A program made the translations under genes and the position numbers. Positions 12,586 to 25,328 of a stretch of DNA of 64,000 bases are shown piece by piece (position 1 is the stretch's first letter; every line of letters starts with the position of its first letter). The notes beneath the pieces are model-generated. The model saw only the letters and a list, made by a program, of their open reading frames with translations. It was not told where the DNA came from and made no database searches. This stretch comes from Zootoca vivipara. Lineage: Eukaryota. The stretch covers positions 58,032,001 to 58,096,000 of the forward strand of contig NC_083277.1 of the NCBI RefSeq assembly GCF_963506605.1. The letters are read 5' to 3'.

Positions 12586-12879
12586 CTGTAAGGAAAACAG
12601 TTGGCTGGGCATTAACATTTTTAATGGAGCCAAAGACAGCCTCTGCAGTCTTCTGAGTCTTTCCTTGTTCCCATCCCTATCTCTGTGGAGTATCTCCTGC
12701 CATTGTTGTTGTTGTTGTTTACTTTCCCCACACTACATAAAAACTAACAGTTTGGGTTTCCAATGAACTCAGTGTCAGGAAAGATTTCCTTTAATAGAGG
12801 AAGCCCATGTAGCGATGCTCCAATCCTCACTAGTAAGACTTAGGAAAATGTACCATCCAGCTGAATCTCCACCCCCAAA

Positions 12880-13225
12880 CATACCTGCCAAGTTGCTGTC
12901 AGAGAAATAAGGGACCGGGCCGGAAATAGTAGACCGGAAGTAGCGCTGCCGCCATTTTGGAACTGGGCGGAGCATGCTCAGAAGTGACTTTTGATGCTGC
13001 TTTGCCCAGTTCCAAAATGGCCGTCGCGCCAGAAGTCCCACTGCAGCCATTTTGGAACTGGGCAGAGCAGCATCAAAAGTCGCTTCTGAGCATGCTCCGC
13101 CCAGTTCCAAAATGGCTGCCATGCCAGAATAAACCGGAAAAAAACAAAAAAAATCCATTTTTTCAGCTAGGAACAGCTGGAAAAACGGGGATTTCCCAGG
13201 GAAAATGGGAGACTTGGCAGCTATG
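12880..13225. mobile_element. hAT-type MITE with internal palindromic repeats
   Basis: TIRs catacctgccaagt / acttggcagctatg, perfect 8-bp TSD cccccaaa. Confidence 0.9.
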
Positions 13226-13488
13226 CCCCCAAATACTGTACTAAGGAGCAGTAGACAAAACAGGTGCCGTTCTAGACCTCTACAACCCAGTCCTATGAAT
13301 TTGTATGCAAATGCTACTGGCATTAAGCTGCAGCATTGAAGATTGCAGCCCTAGCCTTCTGAGGCAGTCATCCCACCCACCACCAAGGTGGGAGGCCTGA
13401 TGACTAGGCACAAGACCACACTGTTTCCACAAAGAGAGCAGGGGAGCCTTTGTAGCAAATGGATAACCTTCATCGTGGAAAATCTTAC

Positions 13489-13534
13489 CTACTGCCAGAA
13501 ACATGGAGAGTATCGCCCATGATAGCCAAAGCAT
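13489..13534 (-). CDS. CDHR2: CDHR2 coding exon 1, signal peptide MLWLSWAILSMFLAV (exon begins at 13553)
   Basis: ATG at 13534, hydrophobic signal peptide like recalled human MAQLWLS..., tttacag acceptor at 13554-13555, GTAAGA donor giving phase 1 as required. Confidence 0.88.
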
Positions 13535-14766
13535 CCTGCTAGGGCAAACAGACCTGTAAACACAGTGTATGGAAGGATCAATTGTTGGTAACGATATGCT
13601 TTATTTCTTCCCATCACTGAACATAAGAGGAGCCTTCTTGGATCAGGCCAAAGGTCCATCTAGCCCAACAGTGGTTCACCAGATGCCTGCGGGAAGTCTG
13701 AAAGCAATGGTGCTCTCCTCACCTGTGATTCCCAGCAACTGGTCTTCAGAAAGTCACCCTCTGTGAGTTGAGGTAGAACATAGCCATCATGGCTAGTAAC
13801 CACTGATGTTCTTACACTGCATGAATTTGTCTGACTCTCATTTACAAAATCGGCCAGGCACAGGAACAGTTTTTTCCCTTGTGCCATTAAATTGTTAAAT
13901 TTGTAGATGTGCAGCTGAAGGGGAGGTCAATTATGGGTGGGTTTCTTTGCTTATTTGTATTGTGAGTGGAACAGTGTGTGTATGTTTACACTGCAATGTA
14001 GCTGAAACAAATTCCAAGTATGTTGGAAAATGTACTTGGCCAATAATAAATTATTATTATTATTATTATTAGCCATCCAAGTTGGTGGTCATCACTACCT
14101 CTTGTGGCAGTGAGTTTCTTAATTGAACTATGCACAAGCAGTTCCTAGTGGCCTGCATGACCCCACAAGCCTGTTGAGCTTGGTTTCCCTTGGAAAACAT
14201 GGTGCTGTGCATACTGCAAACACTCATCAGGGAGGAAAACATGCCTGGGAGGACAGATACCAATAGAATACTGTTCATACTCTGGACTTCCTCACTGACA
14301 ACATTTTATATGCTTATTTAGGCCTCTTGGGTGCCATAAATGACTTGGTTCTGCAGGTGGCATTGATCGAGTAAGTTCAACATATCCAGGAAGTGGCAAC
14401 AGAAACCTGCTATCTCTTGTTATCTTAGTAACTCATAAACAAGTGAGGAGGTCTATGCTTATCCCAGGAACTCAGTTTCTCCTCTTATCAAATCACATGG
14501 CATAACCAAGCCAAACTGATGATGGATGTTGTGCGTCATGCAAGCTGAGGAGTGGGTCCATGTATTGCTGGACTAAGTACAGAGACCCCGGGGGTGTGGT
14601 GAAGCATAATGTGTCGGTGCAATATTCAACGACTATATTTGATACAATGAAATGTTAATAGAATGCTTAAATGGCTTTGTACTCACTGGACCAAACAGTG
14701 GAAGCTGGAAGTTAAGGTATTTCTTACTCAGTGACTGGGAACACTGTGAGCTGCGCATCTCCTTAT

Positions 14767-15024
14767 GACCCCATCTGCACTAGATATTTAAAGCAGTACC
14801 GTACCGCTTTTAAACAGTCATGGCTTCCCTCAAAGAACCCTGGGAAGTGTAGTTCCTTAAGGGTACGGAGTGTTGTTAGGAGACCCCTATTTCCCTCACA
14901 GAGCTTCAATCCCCAGAGTTCCCTGTGAAGAAGAGGGATTGATTGTTAAACATTCTGGGAATTGGGAGAAGCCATAACTATTTAAAGTGTTACAATGCTG
15001 CTTTAAATGTATAGTGCAGATGGG
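14767..15024. mobile_element. Palindromic MITE (superfamily uncertain)
   Basis: Long imperfect TIRs cccatctgcactagatatttaaagcag / ctgctttaaatgtatagtgcagatggg. Confidence 0.7.
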
Positions 15025-15801
15025 ACTATATCTCTATTAAGAATAATGGGACTATAGAGACCCATTAACTTTGACATAATTAATCTGTCTATCAGTCTAT
15101 CTATCATCTCTTCCCTTAAACCAGCCCCAGCGAGCATGGCCCATGGTCAGGGATGATGGGAATTGTAATCCAACAATATATATATGGCCACAGGTTCCCC
15201 ATTTTAGACCATACTTTGAGCCACAACATTGCCTCACCTACAAGGCCCCACCCCACCTACAAGCTCTTTGGATTAAGGGCCAGATAAAGGGACTATTTTT
15301 CTTTCCCAGCTAGGCTTGGACTCTGACCTACCATGAACCTGTTACAGGAACTGTATTCATAACTTTATATGGATGGCCCTTTGACTGTCAAGCATTACAT
15401 CCTTCCTCCACAGGGATGGGGCTATCATCCTGTGAGCCTTGCGGGAATCTAGTTCCTTTACTGACTGTGCAGTGGGAGATATGCTGAACTTGCTAGAGAG
15501 TGGAATTTCTACGCACCCCTGTAAATCTACCTCATCTTTCCAAAACTTCCCAAATATGCACCACATGTCAACAAAATGCTTTGTGCACAATAATTTATGG
15601 AGACACACACTGGTCTCACCATCTCCCAGAACGTTTTGGGCAGTGCTTGGAATGTCTGTTTTAAAAAGTAACTAGTTCTACTTCAAGTTCGCCTTGTCAA
15701 AAAAAGGAACTTGTTCCAGTTCATCCCTTTACAAAAATGAACCCACCTGGGTCACTTCAGTTCAATGTTTAGCTCAAGTTCATCGAAATAATCCTCACAA
15801 A

Positions 15802-15804
<3 letters not shown>

Positions 15805-15847
<43 letters not shown>
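15805..15847. repeat. (AAT)n microsatellite
   Basis: Direct observation. Confidence 0.97.
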
Positions 15848-16051
15848 TCCAGCATTCATAATGCTACAAGCTGCTGTGCTGGCATATAAAATGTGCTTAA
15901 GAAATTATGTTCTTTAAGTTTAAAGACCCCAAGGATCCAAAGTATTAAAAAATTATGCAAGTGGACTAAGAAAACCTCAATGTACACACATGGTAGGGTA
16001 CTGATGCCAAACTTTTTGGGCGTGGTGGTACATTTGGATTTTTGAAGGAGT

Positions 16052-16097
16052 GTTGTTGTTTAGTCGTTTAGTCGTGTCCGACTCTTCGTGACCCCAT
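16052..16097 (-). mobile_element. Very short 5'-truncated RTE/BovB-like 3' end
   Basis: Reverse complement reads ggggtcacgaagagtcggacacgactaaacgactaaacaacaac, flanked by the direct repeat tgaaggagt. Confidence 0.75.
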
Positions 16098-16854
16098 GAA
16101 GGAGTACTCACACAATAACCACCACAGGTTGTGACCAGACTAAAGTTGCTAAAGTTGAATAAATGTATGGCACATAGATGTCACCCAAGGAGCTCAGATA
16201 GAGCTTTCCAAGGTGCTACATGGCTCCATCATGCCACCAAAAGAAGAAGAAAACCCCTCAGTCTTCCCTGCCTGCTCAGCCTGCTCAGCCGCAAGTTCTT
16301 CTTCTTGTTATTATTTATTAAATTTCTATACTGCTCTTCATCCAAGGATTACAGGGCAGTTTACAATATAAAAACACAAAAATGCATAACCTAGTAACAA
16401 ACAACAATACCGACACACACAGTTTGAAAGGCCATAGAAAGCCCTGATTCAGCACAACTGATGGAAACTGACAGTTTGTGAATCTGCTTTAAACAGAAGA
16501 TGCCATTACAAAATATAGGCTTAGGCAGCCATATATTGTTTGCCACCATTCTAGGGTGGCCTATATGAACAGCCCTTCAGTCTACTCTGGTGCCTGCAGG
16601 AATCCATGATCCAGCCCTTTCACCCTCAGTTCTGGCTTTCAATGTTACCCCATCCTGTTAACGCAGAAGGCTTTCCCAGGCCCCACAACTGCTCTTAGGG
16701 CCTGGCACCTGCTGATCTATGCAGAGCACTCATTCTCCAGTGGACCAGGGATGTTTTCCCATGGTGCTGCAGAATTCCCTAATGTCATTGTAATTCCCCT
16801 GGCCACAGCACTGATGGGCAACCAATGATACACGTAACAGCCCCCTCCCCTTAC

Positions 16855-16970
16855 CTTGTTTCCTGAAGGACCATGAGAAAGTGGCTCAACTCTGTTGCAG
16901 GCGACAGAGATCTAAGTACTTCACTCAGACTTTGGCTCCTGCTGCAAATTAGCTGATCAATCATTAACTG
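16855..16970 (-). promoter_or_regulatory. CDHR2: Putative CDHR2 non-coding first exon and proximal promoter (HNF4-like and HNF1-like sites)
   Basis: Donor AAG|GTAAGG at 16855/16854. HNF4-like GAGCCAAAGTCTG at 16926-16938 and HNF1-like GTTAATGATTGAT at 16956-16968. The ATG exon has an acceptor, so an upstream exon must exist. Confidence 0.55.
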
Positions 16971-17196
16971 AAATTAGTGGATCAGGCGTTCAGCCCAACT
17001 TTCCAGTATCTCAACGTCACAAGTCATCTATCTTGCTTGAGGCTTGGCTGTCAGTCCACCCCCTCCCCCCAAGGTGTCCATGCTGTCGTTCTTCCTGGGT
17101 GTTCTAGAAAGGAAATATCCCAGCCACAGGCCACACCCAACATGACTGACAGCTTGTCACCCTGAGGGGTCTCATTCCCAACACCTTGCTCTAAGG

Positions 17197-17421
17197 CAGG
17201 CATGTCCAAAGTCCGTTTCGGGGGCCTAATCCAGCCCCTGTGGCAGTTTATTTCCTAGGGTAAAATCTCCCCAAATACTCAATAACTTCAATCCTAAAAG
17301 CAGCTCAAGAACTTCATTCCTAAAAAGAGGTTAACAACTTCGGTCGGTCCTTTGGTCTGTCCCCACGGCCCCTCACTTCATCAAATCTGGCCCTCTTTGA
17401 AAAAAACTTTGGACACCACTG
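17197..17421. mobile_element. hAT-type MITE
   Basis: TIRs caggcatgtccaaagt / actttggacaccactg, partial TSD ctaagg. Confidence 0.65.
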
Positions 17422-19214
17422 CTAAGGGGAGTGGAGAAGAAGTGCCTACAGATTATTCTAAACAAACAAATTGTCTCTCAGTACTTGCAATAACCTTTTA
17501 CAAACTTACTTTGTGAGATCTGCCTGGAAAATGGTTTATAAATACATAAAATTAGGGTGAGGACATCTTTGGCCCTCGGGGTGCTGTTGGGACTACAGTT
17601 CTTGTAATTCTGGTCCGATTAGCCATGCTGCCTGGTGCTGCTGGGAGTTGGCATCCAATAACCTCTAGAGGGCACCTTATTCCCCACCACTGCCTTAAAT
17701 TAATAAACAAACACAAGCCTGCTTTTCCATTCTTGCCACTCTACCTTCTGTATGAGGTTCTGGTCCAGACTACTTTATATGGCCCAGCTGCTGCCTATGC
17801 ATGATGATGACTCATTAGCGGTTGGAGTATCTGTTTCGTTGGCTGCTGTGTGACATGCAGGCCACACCGCAGAGTAGACATAGAGAGGTCAAGGGGGGGA
17901 GGGGTAGAGAATCACTTGAGGGAGATGTATTAATCTATTGCGCTGCAGAAATGAAGGGCCAAGCGTGGGGTGGACCAGAGAGAGGTGAGCTGCTTCTGAA
18001 CACCACTTTTTACCATACGGCATCCCAGCAACCTTGCATTTATAGGTGACCTATGAAAGCACCAACCTATGAGGCGGGACTTCCTGGAGAGACCCCTCTT
18101 TCCCCAAGTCACCAGCCCACCTTTCAGCCCCTTCCTCTCCCCTTCAACACATAAGACCTTCCCATGCATGTAAGAAAAAGTTGCAGGCGCAGTATGCTCT
18201 TTTAAACGCACACCTGTGGTACTTCTGAAGGATGTGAGTGCTGCTGTCACCAGTGCTAGGATTACCATCTTGGTTGGGTTCGATTTCCTGGTTGGGCTCC
18301 TCTCCCTTTCCATAGCTGCCTAGCAGGCAGAAATTCAACAGCCCCAGCTTCCCTGATGATTGCTTTTGCGTGTAGCGAAACAGCTGGATTTCTACCTGCT
18401 GTTGAGCTGTTCAAGGCAGATCAAGACGACAGCTCTACCCATGGGACAGGCAGGGGAGGAAGCTACCATCTTACCCCAGGCTCCTGAGCTTGATCCTGCC
18501 TCATGGCCCCTTCCACACTCGGGCTTTGCATTTGGGAGCCCTGCATAGGGCCAGGGATGCCTGCGCTCTGGCAGGGCAGATGGACCCCATTTCCTGGTGC
18601 TGCTGATCTATGCCTTTGACTTCAGCCTGAAAGAAACTGACAAGCAAGAGGATTCACCAGACAGGGTCCCTGCATCTGTGTGTTCATAGGCGGGAGAGAG
18701 TGGCTGCAGCCTCCCCCATGACCTACTTACAGGAACAAATGGGGATTGTGCGATCTCCATTCAAGCAGAAGATGGGTTAGGGTGGAGGAAGTGAAGGAAA
18801 TCGTGTCAGCCTGATGATGTGTTATTTGGGCTAGGGAATGTACTGTCACTCCTGTTGCTGTGACCAGCAAGGACACAGCAGGGGCATCCTTGGCAGTAGG
18901 GGGGGGGGAGGGCAAAGAGACAAGCCATGAGGCTCACTGCTGGTGCAAGGGGGCCTTTGGCCTCTCACAGCTTCCTGCTTTCTAGGTGCAGAGAGCATTC
19001 CCAGTTCTCAGTCTGCAGGATCCCAGCATATTACTTACTTAAAAAAACAACAAAAAAACCAGACCAGACCAGTCAAGTCAAATTTAGATTTTAACAATGT
19101 TACTAGTTTTAAAAATTGTACTGTACTAAAATTCCAGGCATGAAATATAGTAACAAAAAGAGGAATGCAAGATAGAATGATTTCTTACAAAAACAAAACC
19201 TGATTGATCTTAAC

Positions 19215-19352
19215 CAGTGTTTCTCAACCAGTGTGCCTCCAGATGTTTTGGGACTACAACTCCCATCATCCCTAGCTAGCAAGACCAGTGGTCAGGAATG
19301 ATGGGAGTTGTAGTCCCAAAACATCTGGAGGCACACTGGTTGAGAAACACTG
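19215..19352. mobile_element. hAT MITE (about 138-bp hairpin family)
   Basis: TIR cagtgtttctcaaccagtgtgcctccag, TSD atcttaac/attttaac. Confidence 0.9.
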
Positions 19353-19531
19353 ATTTTAACTAAACAATAAATAATACCATAAACTGTTGTTGTTTCATTA
19401 CCTTAAAAACAAATGCCTCAGAAAGCAACAAATGTATGTTTCAATTACTTCTACCTCACTTTAGAATTTTTGTATGTCTTCAGAAATATAATTTCTAGTT
19501 CTGGAGAATGCAGTGTTTTTTTAACTTAGAA

Positions 19532-19667
19532 CAGGCACCCCCAAACTCGGCTCTCCAGATGTTTTGGGACTACAACTCCCATCATCCCTAGCTAACAGGA
19601 CCAGTTGTCAGGGATGATGGGAATTGTAGTCCCAAAACAACTGGAGGGCCAGGTTTGGGGGTGCCTG
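19532..19667. mobile_element. hAT MITE (same core, different TIR)
   Basis: TIR caggcacccccaaac, perfect TSD acttagaa. Confidence 0.9.
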
Positions 19668-21545
19668 ACTTAGAAAGTCAGCTCATCATAGTAATTCCTG
19701 GGTACTGACCCAGAGACATTTCATGTGCCAAAACTTACAGCGTCTGATTTTGTTCTGAACCCCCACACTCACCTTACTGCTGCCTCTAGTTCTCTCAGTG
19801 TACACCTGAAAAGTGAGAAGGTACTGACTTTAGCCAGATGACCTTCAGTCTTCTATTTCTGGCTGACCCTGGGCATTACTTGTATCATGGAGGTCTCCTT
19901 TTTGGGTGGAGAAGTTGTAGAAGCCACATGGTGGAATTTTGTGACATCCTACTTTGAGTGGTAGCAGCCCTGTGAGCATAACCAGTGGTGTGGGATGATG
20001 GAGTACATCCTAACAACATCTGCAGGACCAGGGGCTCCCCATCCCTGAACTAAGGTGACAAAGTCATTTATGGACATTAAGCACCTTATTGACAGTTTTC
20101 AGTTTCTTCTTCTTCAGCAAAGCCAAATGCACCTATTCTAAGGTTGCAGTCCAATGCATGCTTACCTAGGAATAATCCTCAACTCAATAAGGGATGATGT
20201 ACTTTTGCTTGGGTTGCACTGTCACCTAGAAATTCAGCACGGGATCTGCTGGCTGGACAGAAGGGTCAGTGACTGATTCAGTGGTCTGATATAGGAAAAT
20301 GGGCAAGTGAAAGCTGGAGCTTCCAGAGGATACTCAAATATGCCAGAGGCAAAACTGCAATCCGATAGATATGGGAGACATTTGGAGGCTTTGTGCTGCT
20401 GCACCTTTGGATTACAGTACTTTTAAAGCAAAAAATACCACTTTGCTTGTTTCAGTAACTATTCCCCACCCTCCTTAAAGCCATTATGTATCTGTGGACA
20501 TCAGTTTTTGCGAGCAGCCTCCTCTACATTCCTTTCCTTATCAAAACTAAACAGGGCATGTACATCCTATACACATTCCCCTTTTTCCTCCTCCTCCTAT
20601 CTCTTGTGCGCAGCCTGAGGCAGCAACAACTTTAGGACGAGCAGAGCTGAGCATAAGGGGTTAGTGGTAAGGAAACCAGCACCGTGTCTGTATCACCCCT
20701 GTTTTGCCACCAACGTTTATGCATGTGTATGTGTGTGGCAGAGATACGTTTCATGCTGTTATGTACATCAGCATTGTTATATCTTGACTGTGATACAGCT
20801 ATGCTTTATGTTCTCAATTGCAAAGGGAAATCTGCCGTGGTCACAAGAAATTCTCCACACTGGAACCTCAAGAGTTTCCTGCTGAACTCCTGCCATGTGG
20901 TCATTTTCATACTTGCCGGGATTTCTGCCGGAATACTTGCAGAGTATTTTCACTCCTATCTAAAAGGACAAGTATCCCCTGTACATGTTGAAGCTGCTCT
21001 GAACTTTTGGACTCCACAATTTACTAAGCAGCAGTAATCATGATCTCCAGCAGAGGTCTTTCTCAGTCTGTCACCTAAAGTCACTTTAATTGGAGATGTC
21101 AGGAAATGAACCCAAGATCACCTGCATGCAAAGCTCTGCCACTTACCCATGTAGCTCTTCCCTGGTGTCTGATTTGAAATGCCTGCCCATGCATACATAC
21201 ATACCTTTGTTACATTTAGATACAAGCTTTCAGTCAAACAATTCCCAAAGCAATTTACAGAAAGAGTAAAATAACAATAAAATCAGTATTAAAATCACTC
21301 GGGATCAATCAATTCATGCCTAATGTTTGATTTGGCATGCCTCTCTGCAATTGCATCAAATTGTCTTTCAGCAATAAAGGAATGACAGAAACGAACAGCA
21401 GGTGTGTCTTGGATAGTTAAGATGTTTGTGAATTTTGTGGGGCCACTGCTGTTGCCTGGTGTACATTATTTGGTTTGCTTTGAACTGTTTCATTGTATTT
21501 TAAGGTGATATGGTAGTAACAAACCCTTTGATCTTATGCTGAAGG

Positions 21546-21635
21546 CATAGCTGCCAAGTTCTCCCTTTTTTAAAGGGAAATTCCCTTATGCTGAATAGGC
21601 TTCACCGCTAGAAAAGGGAAAACTTGGCAGCTATG
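21546..21635. mobile_element. 90-bp MITE of the CATAGCTGCCAAGT TIR family
   Basis: TIRs catagctgccaagtt / aacttggcagctatg, flanking repeat ctgaagg. Confidence 0.8.
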
Positions 21636-21907
21636 CTGAAGGGTAGGTAAGAAATCTTTAAAGTTGTTATTAAATAAATGTATTCTCAAAAGTAAATCCC
21701 ATTTATTTAACTGGGGCTTGCTTCCACATTAATTAAAGTAGCACTGTTTAGGAATGTAACTCTTTAGGTATTTGTAACTGTTTAACTCAATGTAACTTTC
21801 CGGAAGTAGCCTGTATTGTTTTTACTTGGTGCAACTCTACTGTGACACAAGATATCTGATATGACAGACCACATTGGTCCAGCTATTCACACCTTGACCA
21901 ATTAGTG

Positions 21908-23924
21908 CAGCGTTTCTCAACCGCTGTTCCGCGGCACACTAGTGTGCCGCGAGACGCTGGCTGGTGTGCCGCGATGTGCGACGACGAGAAGGGCGATTTG
22001 CATTGTCACGTGCCTGGTGGCCGCCAATACTCTACACTGACCCGCCGGAAAGGAAGCCGGCCGGGTCCAATCCAGTGAGTTGATCAGGATTTATAAGTCA
22101 ATTTTTACTTCACTTTGTATTTCTGGACTTTGTGGAATTTCTTTTTTGGCTTAAGTGCTTGTGAAATGTGAGTTCGAACTTTATTGTTAACAAGACTTGA
22201 AGAATGCAGCCAGCTTGTTAAAATGGAGTCGAGAAAATAAACTGTGATCATATTCCACCCCACGTGATAAGTTTTGACCTTGGCAGGACTGAAATATGTC
22301 AACAAAAAAGTGTTCCCCTGAGTTCCAGCGGTCTGTTTTGACCTTAATGTGGGAAACAAGAATAGAGTTATGTCAAGAGGAGACACGACGACAGGAGTTA
22401 CAGCAGAAATTTCAGGAGGTGATGGCGGAATATGATTTTCTAGGAGATGAAGCTTTTGACACCGAAAAAGAGCAATGTGAGAATGACAATGATGGGGAAG
22501 GAAAAGATGAAGATGAGGACTGTGATGATTCAACACAAAATGAAACACACCATGAAAAAAATGATGACTCTACTCTACAAAAAGTTGGATGGAGTGCCCT
22601 GCCTTTGAGGGGGGCACGATTGGTATTATTGGAACTCCAGAACGCCCACAGGGAAGAAGGAAAAAATATGCAGAGAAGAGAAGAAATTCAGGGGTCCTGT
22701 ATGGTGACCTGGATGGCAAGAGACTGTAAACAGGGGGTGGGGTGAAGGGAAAGTGATGTTGTGATTATAAGGATGGATTAACAGGTTTATAACTGGTCTG
22801 CTGATTTTGGAATTTGCTGGATTGGGGGGGTGGAGCCGGTAATCGGGGATGTAAGGTTAAATTGAGAATAGTTATAGTTTTAAAAGTGAATGGACTTTGG
22901 AAAATGTGAAAATATGGAGGCTTATAGAGGGAGAAAAAAAAAATTAGGCACGGGAAGAGAAAATGGGAGTTTGAATTTTCAGTGATTTGAATATTAGATG
23001 AAAATGTTAACAATTGATTTATAAGTTGTATAAGATACAAAGGTGTATTTTTATAAAGTAAGAAACTGTTGCAGATGATAAAAAAGGGATGAAAACCGGG
23101 GAAGGGGGGGAGGGGAAGCCCATAAAATATGGTTTTTCAACTATGAATGCAAGAAAAATTTTTCTGTTTTGTATTGTTTTTTTCTTTTTCTTTTTTTTCT
23201 TCGCCCTTTCTTTTTCCCCTTTTTTTCCTATTTCTATTTTTCTCTTTTTTTGGTATAACAATAGATGGTTGGATGGATGTCCTCCTGCGTACTGCCCTGG
23301 TTTGCTGGAGCTCCCTGGTGGCAGGGGGGGGCTTTGGGGTCAGGGGAGGGGGAGGAGGACAGAAATCCAAGCATAAAATGGACCATTTCTGACTGTTCAC
23401 AAACATGGGATACTTCTGTGGCAGGGGAGGACCCATGTGGGTGGGTAGGAAGGAGGTGGAAAAGGGGTTTAAGTATGTACCGTTTTTTTTGTTTTTTTGT
23501 ATTTTGTAAAATTAATAAAAAGTATGTTAAAAAAAAAAATGCACGGCACTTTTGCAATCTAAAAAAAAAAAAAAAAAAGGAAGCCGGCCGGGTCACGACG
23601 CGGGGCGAGCGCAGCTCTCAACAGCCACCACCACGGGAGGGTGGTTTTAGAAAAACTTAAAGAAGCTGGTTGGATGAGCTCAACCTGAAACTTGCTGAGC
23701 AAAGGATTGTGCTGGCAGAGAAATCAGCGGCTTGTGAAGCCTTATTACAGGAGATTGCAACCAACACAGCAATTGGCAAGTGTTTCTTACAGTCATAATT
23801 ATATAGTCAATATAGGGCGGCACAGAGTTAAATTTTTTAACTTTTTTAATGGTGGTGTGCCTCGTGATTTTTTTCATGGAACAAGTGTGCCTTGCCTTGG
23901 CCCAAAAAAGGTTGAGAAACACTG
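21908..23924. mobile_element. Non-autonomous hAT (Charlie/Buster-like) element interrupted by a retroposon
   Basis: TIRs cagcgtttctcaacc / ggttgagaaacactg, TSD aattagtg/aattagag. Confidence 0.88.
22068..23575 (+). mobile_element. About 1.5-kb polyadenylated L1-type retroposon inserted in the hAT element
   Basis: 19-bp TSD aaaggaagccggccgggtc (22049-22067 and 23576-23594), AATAAA near 23514 and a poly(A) tail. Contains the acidic ORF 22296-22745. Confidence 0.85.
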
Positions 23925-24667
23925 AATTAGAGCCTCTGATCTCATCTTGTTCTGATCTTCCTAGTAGGCTCACCCCTGATCAAAGCAACCTCTGCTTGGA
24001 AAACTGTGCTGCAATGTCCCCTCATGGGCACATGGTGGCAGTGGATAGCATGTGCGCTGGGCAGCTCACTGTACTGTATTGGGCAAACCGCTCAGAGTGG
24101 CTTCTTTGAGGCATCAGTTGTATCTTTATCCACGTCAGAAAGCACATGGCTTCTAACTCATAAGGGGAATATATAATATTAATATTAATAACCCCACAGT
24201 AAACAAGCTCTCTATATTGTTGTATAAATTTATTCATATGACTTTTTAACACTCCGGGATAGTTGTGCCAGTAGAGAATGGGACTCTTAATCTCAGGGTT
24301 GTGTGTTCAAGCCCCACTTTGAGCAAAATATTCCTGCGTTGCAGGGAGTTGGGCTAGATGTGATCTCTTCCAACTCTACAATTCTAAGATCCTATGACAA
24401 TCTCCCTCGACAAAGGTGGCCCAAACATGCAGCTGAAATGTTTAAATATAGGCTAGAGACAGCCACAAGGACATGCAATCAGGGTTTCATCATGAGATAC
24501 TTGCATACATAGTTGCCCCCACCACCACTGCCCTGAGGGGGACAAACCTCTACCTCATGCTAGTAGCAGGCCACTTAATCACATTGTGGAACACCTCCCC
24601 ATCAGATGTCATAGAGAAAAACAGCTGCCAGATTTTTAGAAGACATCTGAAGGCAGCCCTGTTTACA

Positions 24668-25203
24668 GTAATAGTACCACTGTATTCTGCTCTGGTCAGA
24701 CCTCACCTGGAGTACTGTGTTCAGTTCTGGGCACCACAGTTCAAGAAGGATACTGACAAGCTGGAACGTGTCCAGAAGAGGGCAACCAAAATGGTCAAAG
24801 GCCTGTAAACGATGCCTTATGAGGAACGGCTTAGGGAACTGGGTATGTTTAGCCTGGAGAAGAGAAGGTTAAGGGGTGATACGATAGCCTTGTTCAAATA
24901 TATAAAAGGATGTGATATAGAGGAGGGAGAAAGGTTGTTTTCTGCTGCTCCAGAGAAGCGGACACGGAGCAATGGATTCAAACTACAAGAAGATTCCACC
25001 TAAACATTAGGAAGAACTTCCTGACTGTAAGAGCTGTTCGGCAGTGGAATTTGCTACCAAGGAGTGTGGTGGAGTCTCCTTCTTTGGGGGTCTTTAAGCA
25101 GAGGCTTGACAGGCATATGTCAGGAATGCTTTGATGGTGTTTCCTGCTTGGCAGGGGGTTGGACTGGATGGCCCTTGTGGTCTCTTCCAACTCTATGATT
25201 CTA
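24668..25203 (+). mobile_element. CR1 LINE 3' fragment (RT C-terminus and 3' UTR), nested in an L2-like tail
   Basis: Translates to [27 protein letters not shown]...[21 protein letters not shown], ends with the CR1 tail ctctatgattcta. Confidence 0.95.
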
Positions 25204-25271
25204 GGGAGGCTTTTAATCTTTAATCGATTATTTTATTCTTCTGTTGGAGAGTGGGCAGGGTATAAATAATA

Positions 25272-25272
<1 letters not shown>

Positions 25273-25325
<53 letters not shown>
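25273..25325. repeat. (TTA)n microsatellite
   Basis: Direct observation. Confidence 0.97.
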
Positions 25326-25328
<3 letters not shown>

